From Eubacteriales bacterium (GTDB lineage Bacteria; Bacillota; Clostridia; Oscillospirales; JAAYXM01), in contig JAZQFJ010000093.1 of assembly GCA_045539475.1 (NCBI GenBank), positions 3,540 through 67,539 on the forward strand: 64,000 nucleotides of DNA, written 5' to 3'. Positions 9,746 through 17,668 of this stretch are shown piece after piece. The position numbers and the translations under genes are program-made. The number at the start of each line of letters is the position of its first letter. Positions within the stretch are counted from its first letter, which is position 1. The notes beneath the pieces were generated by a model that did no database searches, was not told the DNA's origin, and saw nothing but the letters and a program-made list of their open reading frames with translations.

Positions 9746-10414
9746 TTAACCGAATTCTTCAGAAGAAACAAACTTTTCTTCGATTTTCGAAACCACATCT
9801 TCTTTTCTGCATTCAAGAAGCCACTTAAAAGGTTCCGGATTGCTATACACATACGTCCATGAACTGTGTCCATATTCATCAAGAATCGTAAGCTTTGCGC
9901 TTCCGCCTGCTCTGTTTATCGCATCGGTCATCTTAATGCTTTCTTCGCACAGCACAATGTCATCAAGCTTTCCGTGAAATGCCCATACCGGAATACTCTT
10001 CATTCTTTCCGTACCCCAGTATATTCCACCACCACAGATGGGAATTGCCGCGGCATACAGCTCAGGATCTGATCTGAGCATCTGCCACACAGCATATGCA
10101 CCCATACTTGCACCTACGAGATATAGCCTTGATTTATCGGTATTCTTATTCTCACTCACAAAGCGAGCGAAACGGCGGACGCTCTCAAATATATCAAACC
10201 ATGTATCTTCGCTACACAGAGGGGCATATATTATCGCCTCTTTAAGCAATATGTTATGGTCTTTGAAAAACGGGTTTTTCGACAGCTTTTCGATGTTATC
10301 CCCTCGAGTTCCTGCACCGTGCATAAAGATAACCGTGGGATATCTCTCAGTTTCTTTGAATCCAAGAGGTTTTGAAACAATATATCTGATATTATCAAAC
10401 TGCAAAACAATCAT
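9746..10414 (-). CDS. Alpha/beta hydrolase (carboxylesterase/phospholipase-type)
   Basis: 222 aa. HGAG oxyanion region and nucleophile elbow GASMG, with a His near the C-terminus. Paralog of 42955-43623. Confidence 0.75.
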   Translation of the reverse strand: MIVLQFDNIRYIVSKPLGFKETERYPTVIFMHGAGTRGDNIEKLSKNPFFKDHNILLKEAIIYAPLCSEDTWFDIFESVRRFARFVSENKNTDKSRLYLVGASMGAYAVWQMLRSDPELYAAAIPICGGGIYWGTERMKSIPVWAFHGKLDDIVLCEESIKMTDAINRAGGSAKLTILDEYGHSSWTYVYSNPEPFKWLLECRKEDVVSKIEEKFVSSEEFG

Positions 10415-10419
10415 TTCCT

Positions 10420-11142
10420 TTACAGATGTTTTACCCGCGGAAGATATTTTTTGATAAGTGCCTTGTTGTACTCTGCACCGCCGTCAACATTTCCGCTCAT
10501 ATATATCGGAATCTCTGCGCCTCCCCTTGTGGCGAGTTCGGCCGCTTCAAGAAGAACAGAATTCAATATATAGGAGCTTGCGGCGGTTGAAACACTGCCC
10601 ATTTTTGTGCCGCATCCCGATATATCCATAACCGCATCGCCGTGTGGTACGCAGTTGTCAATATAGAGGTCTGCACACTCATAGAGCATATCCGCGTCCT
10701 TTTTATCCGCAAAGTAGGCACTTGATGCAACGGCGATATTTCTTATTCCACGCTCTGTTGCAACCTTTGCCATCTCAACTGGAACAGCGTTTTTGCCTGA
10801 TGTAGATACCGTAATCAGAATATCTTTATCGGTCAGGCAGTATCTTTCAAATATACTTTCCGCAATACCGCTCATTTTCTCCATCTTGCTACTTTTTGCC
10901 GCACCGTTGTGAAGCATCAAATCAGTATCGAGCATTGCGCTGACGTTTGCAAGCCCGCCTGCGCGGTAGAAGCAATCGAGCGCTATGAGATGAGAATGAC
11001 CACATCCGAATATGTAGATTATTCCGTCACGCTTTATCGTTTCCGATACCATTTGCGCCGCATAAAGGATTTTATCCTTCTGTGTTTCCTTTATTTTGTC
11101 CAACACGGAAGTTATTCTTTCAAGATAATCTTCAAAAATCAT
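10420..11142 (-). CDS. SIS domain protein, UPF0309-type (second paralog)
   Basis: 240 aa. FGCGHSHL, VSTSGKN, and C-terminal YLPRVKHL matching the 8146-8895 protein. Confidence 0.8.
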   Translation of the reverse strand: MIFEDYLERITSVLDKIKETQKDKILYAAQMVSETIKRDGIIYIFGCGHSHLIALDCFYRAGGLANVSAMLDTDLMLHNGAAKSSKMEKMSGIAESIFERYCLTDKDILITVSTSGKNAVPVEMAKVATERGIRNIAVASSAYFADKKDADMLYECADLYIDNCVPHGDAVMDISGCGTKMGSVSTAASSYILNSVLLEAAELATRGGAEIPIYMSGNVDGGAEYNKALIKKYLPRVKHL

Positions 11143-12170
11143 TTTTTCAAAACTCTCTTATAGTTTCTTCCAATGTTATCCCAAAGCTCGATCGGGTCTT
11201 TTGCGGCAACAGATGTGCCGTAACCGCCGCGGTATGTCCACGTTGCAAGGCGGTCAACACCGAAGTCTTCATACATATCGACAACCTTGTCTATCTGCTT
11301 AAAGTCATCGGGACGCTTGTTATATCCCATAAGCCAGCGCTCGGACTCTTTTCCGTATTTCTTTGCAATTGCAACGGTTCTCTCGGTAATCTCGCGGAAG
11401 AACTTTTCCGGAAGATCCCAGTTGATGATAGTTGTTGAGAAAACGTCGAAGTACGGGCACGCACCGACCATTTCCCAGTTGTCATAGCCGCGAAGCTCTG
11501 TTACATAATAAGAATTGAGCGTTGCGTGGACGCAACAGGTAATCTCAAGGTTCGGGTTGAGCTCTTTAAGTGCCTTTGATGTATCTGAAAGTGTGAAGAG
11601 AGCTTCACGCCAACGGAACTGCTTTACGTCGTCGTTCATAAATTTCGGCATCTCATAGCCATAGTATTCCTCAAACTTCTTCATACACTCCGGGCAACGG
11701 CAAGCCCAGTCATCACCCGCGCCGCCCGTGATGGATGCGTATGACTTCGGGTATGCATAATGCGGCTCGTCCCAGAAAAAGCCGTCAACCTCTGTTTCAC
11801 GCGCAAGACGCAGGCAAATGTTTTTGAAATAATCGCGGAAGGAATTTGTGTTAAAGCAAGCGGCATTGAGTACCTCGCCTGTGTATGCAGAAACCTGACG
11901 GTGGTGAATGTTGTTCTGAAGGAAAAGGCTTACCTGCTCGCCACCGAAGTATTTACCGATACCCCATGTGTCTGCGATAACGCGAAGTCCGAGCTCGTGT
12001 GCTGTCTTTACGATGTTGTTGATATTCGGCAACCAGAAGTCTATATCGAATTCTGTGATTGCGAGAATGACTGTATCACAACCGTGCTCTATCATTTCCT
12101 TGAAGTCTTCTTTTGCGTGTTCTACATAGTTTAAGCCATAATAGCTTACTGCTGTGTGTTTAATTGCCAT
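11139..12170 (-). CDS. Hypothetical TIM-barrel-like protein (glycosidase-like fold suspected)
   Basis: 343-aa ORF overlapping the downstream SIS gene by 4 nt. It is the first gene after the divergent promoter region. No recognisable catalytic signature by eye. Confidence 0.5.
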   Translation of the reverse strand: MAIKHTAVSYYGLNYVEHAKEDFKEMIEHGCDTVILAITEFDIDFWLPNINNIVKTAHELGLRVIADTWGIGKYFGGEQVSLFLQNNIHHRQVSAYTGEVLNAACFNTNSFRDYFKNICLRLARETEVDGFFWDEPHYAYPKSYASITGGAGDDWACRCPECMKKFEEYYGYEMPKFMNDDVKQFRWREALFTLSDTSKALKELNPNLEITCCVHATLNSYYVTELRGYDNWEMVGACPYFDVFSTTIINWDLPEKFFREITERTVAIAKKYGKESERWLMGYNKRPDDFKQIDKVVDMYEDFGVDRLATWTYRGGYGTSVAAKDPIELWDNIGRNYKRVLKK

Positions 12171-12240
12171 TTTTATCTCTCCTTATAGTTGTGGACGTTT
12201 ACTTTATTATATATCCGTCGGAGCTACAAGTAAACTCACG

Positions 12241-12271
12241 TTTCGCAACAAAAAGGTGGATTTTTCGCAAC
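12241..12271. promoter_or_regulatory. Direct repeat TTTCGCAAC x2 (22-bp register), candidate AraC-type operator in the divergent region
   Basis: TTTCGCAAC occurs at 12241-12249 and 12263-12271, between the minus-strand cluster and the AraC gene. AraC regulators typically bind direct repeats about two helical turns apart. Confidence 0.35.
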
Positions 12272-12314
12272 TTAATCATTGACAAGCAGATTATAAAATG
12301 GTAAGATAAAAACG

Positions 12315-13085
12315 GTGATTGATATGTTTTTGAACGAACTCACAAATATAAGAATACTTACTGTTCTTGAACTGAAATGGAAACAAAACATACGTAATTC
12401 GGAAATACGCCCGTTTCACGCGCTTTCATTCAGAATCCGCGGAAATGCAAAATTTATTTGCGGAAGCGATTGTATACCTGTCGAAAGGGATGATGTTGTT
12501 TTCGTACCGAAAGGAATACGCTACACGCTGGACCATGAGAGTGAAAAGCTATTTGTTGTACATTTCGATACAGACGCTCATCTTCCCGGTAAAATTACTG
12601 TTTCAAAGCCACACAATCCGGCGCTTATAAAGGATTTGTTCTCTTCTATGTATACATCGTGGCTTTCTTCCAGCGGCAGCGGAAGATATAATGCATATGC
12701 TGAGTTTTACAGAATACTTTCGGAGCTGTCACTTTCGAACGAAAACAGCTCCGAAACCGCAGGTCAGGACAAGCTTACCCTTGTTACAGACCACATTCAC
12801 ACTCACTTCAGAAATCCTGAGTTGTCAATTGCACAGCTCTCGGGAATTTTCGGAACAAGCGACAGCTACTTTCGCCGGGCGTTCACAGCGAGATATTCCG
12901 TATCTCCGCTTAAATATATAAACACATTACGGCTTGAATACGCCCGCGAGCTTCTTCTCTCCGGATATTATTCTATCGAAAAAGTTGCTGAAATGTCAGG
13001 TTTTCGCGATGTTAAATATTTTTCAAGATTTATAAAAAACGAAACAGGTCTTTCGCCGAGCGAGATAAAAAAGCGCACTATATAA
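12315..13085 (+). CDS. AraC family transcriptional regulator
   Basis: N-terminal cupin-like sensor and C-terminal double HTH (IAQLSGIFGTSDSYFRRAF...VAEMSGFRDVKYFSRFIK). The start is ambiguous (GTG 12315 or ATG 12324). Confidence 0.85.
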   Translation: MIDMFLNELTNIRILTVLELKWKQNIRNSEIRPFHALSFRIRGNAKFICGSDCIPVERDDVVFVPKGIRYTLDHESEKLFVVHFDTDAHLPGKITVSKPHNPALIKDLFSSMYTSWLSSSGSGRYNAYAEFYRILSELSLSNENSSETAGQDKLTLVTDHIHTHFRNPELSIAQLSGIFGTSDSYFRRAFTARYSVSPLKYINTLRLEYARELLLSGYYSIEKVAEMSGFRDVKYFSRFIKNETGLSPSEIKKRTI

Positions 13086-13146
13086 CACACTGCGGCTGTT
13101 ACGAGATTTGCGTAACAGTCGCAGTGTGTTATATCCACAAGTACAT

Positions 13147-13860
13147 TTACAGTGATTTTAAGTATTTTACTTCGCTTTCGGTCAGGTGCCGCCATCTTCC
13201 GGCGGGCATTTTATCAAGTGTGAGGTCGCCTATCGTAACTCTTTTAAGCCTTAAAACCTTAAGGTCTGCCGCTTCACACATACGGCGAATCTGGCGGTTG
13301 CGCCCCTCGCGGATTATGATATGAAGAAGTCCGCCGTCAGAATTTTCGCGCAGAACATTAACATCCGCCGGCTTTGTTTCGCGCCCGTCAATCACGATGG
13401 AGGATTTAAGCGTTGTGAGCGCAGTTTCAAGATGACCGCGCACCGTTACAATATACCCCTTCGGAATCTCATGCGACGGATGCGTAAGACGGTAAGTGAG
13501 CTCACCGTCATTCGTCATAAGAAGAAGTCCCTCGGAATTATAGTCAAGCCTTCCTATCGGGTGGACGCGCGTTCCGACATCAACAAGCTCGCTGACCGTT
13601 TTTCTGTCCTTTTCATCATCGAGTGTTGTTATATATCCACGCGGCTTGTTAAGCATAATATAATAGCGTTCTCCGCCGCTTATAACCTTTCCGTTTACTT
13701 CAATAACGTCCGCATCGGCATCTGCTTTATCACCAAGATATGCAACCTCGCCGTTGACGCGCACCTTGCCGTCAATAATTAGCTTTTCTGCCGCGCGACG
13801 CGAACACACACCGCACGAAGCCATAATTTTTTGAAGTCTTTCTTGCATTTTTGTAACCAT
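13147..13860 (-). CDS. rRNA pseudouridine synthase, RsuA/RluB family (S4 domain plus PseudoU_synth_2)
   Basis: LQKIMASCGVCSRRAAEKLI is an S4 domain. HPIGRLDYNSEGLLLMTNDG contains the catalytic Asp motif. Confidence 0.85.
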   Translation of the reverse strand: MVTKMQERLQKIMASCGVCSRRAAEKLIIDGKVRVNGEVAYLGDKADADADVIEVNGKVISGGERYYIMLNKPRGYITTLDDEKDRKTVSELVDVGTRVHPIGRLDYNSEGLLLMTNDGELTYRLTHPSHEIPKGYIVTVRGHLETALTTLKSSIVIDGRETKPADVNVLRENSDGGLLHIIIREGRNRQIRRMCEAADLKVLRLKRVTIGDLTLDKMPAGRWRHLTESEVKYLKSL

Positions 13861-13907
13861 TCCTTATCTATCGTCTTTTATCTGCCGAAAAAAAGCTTTT
13901 CAGTTTT

Positions 13908-14639
13908 TTACCAGTCACCAAGCTCATACATAACAGCCGCACAAACCGCAAGCGGCGCAGTTTCCGTCCTCATTATTCTCGGACCGAGAGTGACGGTTTT
14001 CACGCCGCGGTTTCTTGCAACTGCGACCTCCATATCATCGAATCCCCCCTCCGGACCGATGAAAATGCTGATATTATTCTTTCCGGATGATGAAAGCACT
14101 GTACGGAGCTTGTTTTCAGCTTCGCACTCATACGGCATAATAGCAAGAACATCTTCCCTGCACATTTCCGCAAGCGCCTCATCAAACCCGAGCATTTTGC
14201 CGATTTCCGGAATAATTCCGCGACCGCACTGCTTTCCCGCCTCTTCGGCAATTTTCTGCCAGCGTGAGACCTTTTTATCTGCATCGTTAGGATGGCTGAC
14301 AGCGCGCTTTGTTATAACAGGAACAATTTTTGAGACGCCAAGCTCAACGCATTTCTGAACGATATAGTCCATTTTATCGCTCTTCGGCATTCCTTGATAC
14401 AGCGTAAGATATATATCTGATTCTGCGCAGTTTTCACCGGACGAGACTATCTCTGCCAAAACTCTGTCCGATGCGATATCGGAAATGCGGCACTCATAAT
14501 CCGTTTTGCATTTATCACAAACCGTTATCATATCCCCTTCTCGCAAACGAAGAACGCGAAGAATGTGCTTCACATCCTCGCCATCTATATACACGGTGCT
14601 GTCGGTTATCTGATTTTTACCAACAAAAAATCTCGGCAA
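13908..14639 (-). CDS. rsmE: 16S rRNA (uracil1498-N3)-methyltransferase RsmE
   Basis: PRFFV N-terminus and C-terminal GPEGGF...LGPRILRTETA-like motif. Start set at TTG 14639, with AAGGAG 9 nt upstream. The track ORF runs further upstream to 14684. Confidence 0.85.
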   Translation of the reverse strand: MPRFFVGKNQITDSTVYIDGEDVKHILRVLRLREGDMITVCDKCKTDYECRISDIASDRVLAEIVSSGENCAESDIYLTLYQGMPKSDKMDYIVQKCVELGVSKIVPVITKRAVSHPNDADKKVSRWQKIAEEAGKQCGRGIIPEIGKMLGFDEALAEMCREDVLAIMPYECEAENKLRTVLSSSGKNNISIFIGPEGGFDDMEVAVARNRGVKTVTLGPRIMRTETAPLAVCAAVMYELGDW

Positions 14640-14730
14640 CGAAAAACACTCCTTTTGATGCACCATAAGGTGCAATTCATACAAAAGTCAATTCATTAAG
14701 TTTGCTTTGCAAACTCATTATACCAAATTT

Positions 14731-15597
14731 TTACTGTTTTTGCAACGGGTTTGTTTCATCAACCGCGCGGCGGAGCATTTCAATAAAAAGCTTCGCTCGG
14801 CGTGTGAGGTATTTTCCTTTTTTTCGAGCAATTACTGTACTTCTTCTTACTGTTCCTATGCTCTTGAATACTACATCATCCGAAAACTGACCGTGCCATG
14901 ACATTGCCGGAAAAAATGCTACACCAAGCCCCATCGCGACATATTTTCTGATATAATACGGATCATCGCTCTGGATTGCAATATTCGGCACAAAGCCTTC
15001 ACACAAACGATTTGTTATCGAATACATACTGCTTCCGTCCGGCATCGTTATAAATCGCTCATTTTTTAAGTCGGAAACAGAAATAGTCGCTTTTCCGGCA
15101 AGCGGGTTGTCCTTATGCAAAGCAAGAAGAATATCCTCTGTCAGGAGTACGGTGGTTTCAAAATCGGTATCGGGAAAATATTCATCGCAAATGATGAGAT
15201 CAAACTCACCGCTTGTGCCGGTGTTATGTTTTATAACAAAGGTTACCTCCGGGTATTTTTGCTTAAAGCTTTCAATCGCGCGCGTAACAACACGGCGGTT
15301 TGTAAGAACAAGAATTTTTATTTCTCCGGCAATACTCGTCTTGCTGTCAGCAAGAACAAGCCGGCCTTCCCCCAGCGCGTCAAGTGCTTTTTTTGCACTT
15401 TCATAAAACAAGCGTCCCTGTTCGTTAAGCATAATCCTGTTTGCCGCGTGGATAAAAAGCTCACACTCAAGCTCACGTTCTAGCCGTTTTATGGTCTGAG
15501 ATATGTTAGACACCGGAACGCCGTGCTTTTCGGCGGTGCGGGAAAAGTTTTCAAGCTCTGCCGCGTCACAGAAATACCGCAGCTGCAAAAGTTCCAT
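14731..15597 (-). CDS. LysR family transcriptional regulator
   Basis: MELLQLRYFCDAAELENFSRTAEKHGVPVSNISQTIKRLE is a typical LysR HTH. Confidence 0.85.
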   Translation of the reverse strand: MELLQLRYFCDAAELENFSRTAEKHGVPVSNISQTIKRLERELECELFIHAANRIMLNEQGRLFYESAKKALDALGEGRLVLADSKTSIAGEIKILVLTNRRVVTRAIESFKQKYPEVTFVIKHNTGTSGEFDLIICDEYFPDTDFETTVLLTEDILLALHKDNPLAGKATISVSDLKNERFITMPDGSSMYSITNRLCEGFVPNIAIQSDDPYYIRKYVAMGLGVAFFPAMSWHGQFSDDVVFKSIGTVRRSTVIARKKGKYLTRRAKLFIEMLRRAVDETNPLQKQ

Positions 15598-15628
15598 GAT
15601 ATCAGCTCCCCTCTTACATTATGGTAGC

Positions 15629-15646
15629 ACAGTTTAGTTTAACTGT
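15629..15646. promoter_or_regulatory. Inverted repeat ACAGTT-N6-AACTGT, candidate LysR box
   Basis: Lies in the divergent region between the LysR gene and the PQ-loop gene. Dyad with T-N11-A-like geometry. Confidence 0.3.
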
Positions 15647-15738
15647 CAAGTGAAAGCAGCTTTATATCATTTGATTATTTACAATAACGCAGAAATTTGG
15701 TAATATTATATCGAAAATTAATTACGGAGGTTTTTAAA

Positions 15739-16041
15739 ATGTCTGAAATTCTCGAAATCATAATGGTTGTAAGCTTTGGTGTGTCGTGGCCGGCAAACGT
15801 TCTTAAGTCCTATAAGGCAAGAACAACAAAAGGCAAGAGCCTTATGTTCCTTCTTCTCATCGAGTTCGGCTATGTTGCAGGTATTGCATCCAAGTTTGTG
15901 AGACCCGACTTTGCAGAGTGGTTCGCAAGCAGCTGGTATGTTCTTATCTTCTACATACTCAACTTCATCATGGTTGGTGCTGACCTCGTTCTCTACTACA
16001 GAAACAAGCAGCTCGACAAGAAAAACGGCGTTATTGCTTAA
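15739..16041 (+). CDS. Small membrane protein with PQ-loop-like motif (SemiSWEET-like, 3 predicted TM)
   Basis: GGAGG 8 nt upstream of ATG 15739. WPANVLKSYKARTTKGKSL resembles the PQ-loop consensus. 100 aa with three hydrophobic segments. Confidence 0.55.
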   Translation: MSEILEIIMVVSFGVSWPANVLKSYKARTTKGKSLMFLLLIEFGYVAGIASKFVRPDFAEWFASSWYVLIFYILNFIMVGADLVLYYRNKQLDKKNGVIA

Positions 16042-16053
16042 ATTTCCGATTAC

Positions 16054-16092
16054 AAAATCATCCCGTCGAAAATTTCGACGGGATGATTTTTT
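16054..16092. terminator. Bidirectional rho-independent terminator
   Basis: AAAATCATCCCGTCGAAA/TTTCGACGGGATGATTTT hairpin flanked by A and T runs, between convergent genes. Confidence 0.7.
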
Positions 16093-16102
16093 CTTGACTT
16101 TA

Positions 16103-16591
16103 TTATTTTTGATCTTCCTGCTTTGCAGAGGTTTTAACTACTGCGGATTTAAACTGCTTTCTTGATTCACGGGTTTCATTTAGAGCCTGCTCAATAACGG
16201 TTTCAAGACGGCGCAAGGTATCCTCGGCGTAGTCATTGGACGCACGGCGAAGTTCCTTTGCCTTGCTTTCCGCAAGTGACATAATCTCATTGGCCTTCTG
16301 GCGCGAGGTTATAACGATTTCATCCTCTGCAACCATATGGCGCGCGCGGTCCTCTGCCGCACTTTTGATTGCTTCAGCTTCTTTCTTTGCCTGGGCAAGA
16401 ATTTCGTTTCTGTTTTCGACGATTGTGCGCGCCTGCTCTAAATCCTTAGGCAGATTTGCACGAATCTCATCGATAAGATCAAGAAGCTTTTCACGCTCGA
16501 TAAGGCATTTTTCGGCACCGAAGGGCAACGCCCATGCATCGGACACCATTTCATACAGCATATTTACCAATTCATCAATTCCGCTTGCCAT
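16103..16591 (-). CDS. Coiled-coil protein of unknown function (ATP synthase B/B-prime-like heptads)
   Basis: 162 aa, charged and helical (AQAKKEAEAIKSAAEDRARHMVAE). Sits next to coaD. Confidence 0.5.
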   Translation of the reverse strand: MASGIDELVNMLYEMVSDAWALPFGAEKCLIEREKLLDLIDEIRANLPKDLEQARTIVENRNEILAQAKKEAEAIKSAAEDRARHMVAEDEIVITSRQKANEIMSLAESKAKELRRASNDYAEDTLRRLETVIEQALNETRESRKQFKSAVVKTSAKQEDQK

Positions 16592-16626
16592 TTACACTAC
16601 CATTCCTTTCCTCTGAGGCACTGCCT

Positions 16627-17112
16627 CTATTCTCCCCTTAAGAGCCTTTTTGTTACATCATCTAAAATCGTTTCCGGTACAAACGGAGAAATATCTCCGC
16701 CAAGCGAGCAGATTTCTTTCACGACGCTTGATGACAAATACAGATTTTCCTCCGACGTCGGCAAAAACAAGGTTTCAAGCTTTGGATTGATTTTGCGGTT
16801 TATCAGCGCCATCTGAAATTCGCTTTCAAAATCGCTTACGGCACGAAGCCCCTTTATAAGGACACAGTCTCCCACAGACTTTACCCACTCTGCCAAAAGA
16901 GCGTCAGATGATGTGATTTCAACATTCGGAAAAGCCGCTGTCACACGCTTTAAAAAGCCGCAACGCTCTTCAAGGGTGAACGTAGGTCGTTTCTTAGCAT
17001 TTACCATAGCCACAACTATTACTTTATCGAATATCGACGCCGCTCTTTCAATAATATCAAGATGTCCTTTTGTAACCGGGTCAAAGCTTCCGGGATAAAC
17101 TGCGATTTTCAT
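16627..17112 (-). CDS. coaD: Pantetheine-phosphate adenylyltransferase
   Basis: MKIAVYPGSFDPVTKGHLDII is the T/HxGH nucleotidyltransferase motif. 161 aa. Confidence 0.95.
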   Translation of the reverse strand: MKIAVYPGSFDPVTKGHLDIIERAASIFDKVIVVAMVNAKKRPTFTLEERCGFLKRVTAAFPNVEITSSDALLAEWVKSVGDCVLIKGLRAVSDFESEFQMALINRKINPKLETLFLPTSEENLYLSSSVVKEICSLGGDISPFVPETILDDVTKRLLRGE

Positions 17113-17122
17113 TGACTTCGCC

Positions 17123-17668
17123 TCAAATTTCTGATTTACGGATAACCGTAAGCTTAATACGTCCGTACTTATATTCGCGGTACGAATACTTGTCCGAATC
17201 TGCCTTCAGAACCTCCGAAGAAGAATCTGTTTCACATACTATTATACCATAATCTGACAATATGTCAAATGAATATATTATTTTCAGCGCTTTTTCGAGC
17301 AAATTGCTGTTGTACGGCGGATCTAAAAAGATAATGTCATACTTTGTGCCTTTAGTCAGCACCTCGGTAAAATCGCCGCGATGTATGCTGATTAAATCAG
17401 CAAAATCACAACGCTTTATATTTTCTTTGATTATATCTGCAGCGCGTCTTGAATTTTCCACCGCAACAGCGCTTCTGGCACCGCGGCTTATTGCCTCAAT
17501 CGCAAGCTGACCGCTTCCGGAGAACAAATCAAGAACACGCGCATTTTCTACATCAAATTGAATTATATTGAATATGGATTCCTTCACTTTATCTGTTGTT
17601 GGGCGTGTTTCTTCCCCTTCAAGAGCCTTAAGTACGCGACCGCGCGCAATTCCCGAAATTACTCTCAT
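17123..17668 (-). CDS. rsmD: 16S rRNA (guanine966-N2)-methyltransferase RsmD
   Basis: RPTTDKVKESIFNI, VLDLFSGSGQL and FLDPPY motifs. Confidence 0.9.
   Translation of the reverse strand: MRVISGIARGRVLKALEGEETRPTTDKVKESIFNIIQFDVENARVLDLFSGSGQLAIEAISRGARSAVAVENSRRAADIIKENIKRCDFADLISIHRGDFTEVLTKGTKYDIIFLDPPYNSNLLEKALKIIYSFDILSDYGIIVCETDSSSEVLKADSDKYSYREYKYGRIKLTVIRKSEI

Noticed and set aside
12279-12307. TTGACA-17-TAAGAT as the AraC gene promoter
   Set aside because: The hexamers are good, but the predicted start would fall at or inside the first candidate start codons (12315/12324), implying a leaderless mRNA. That is too uncertain to list as a feature.
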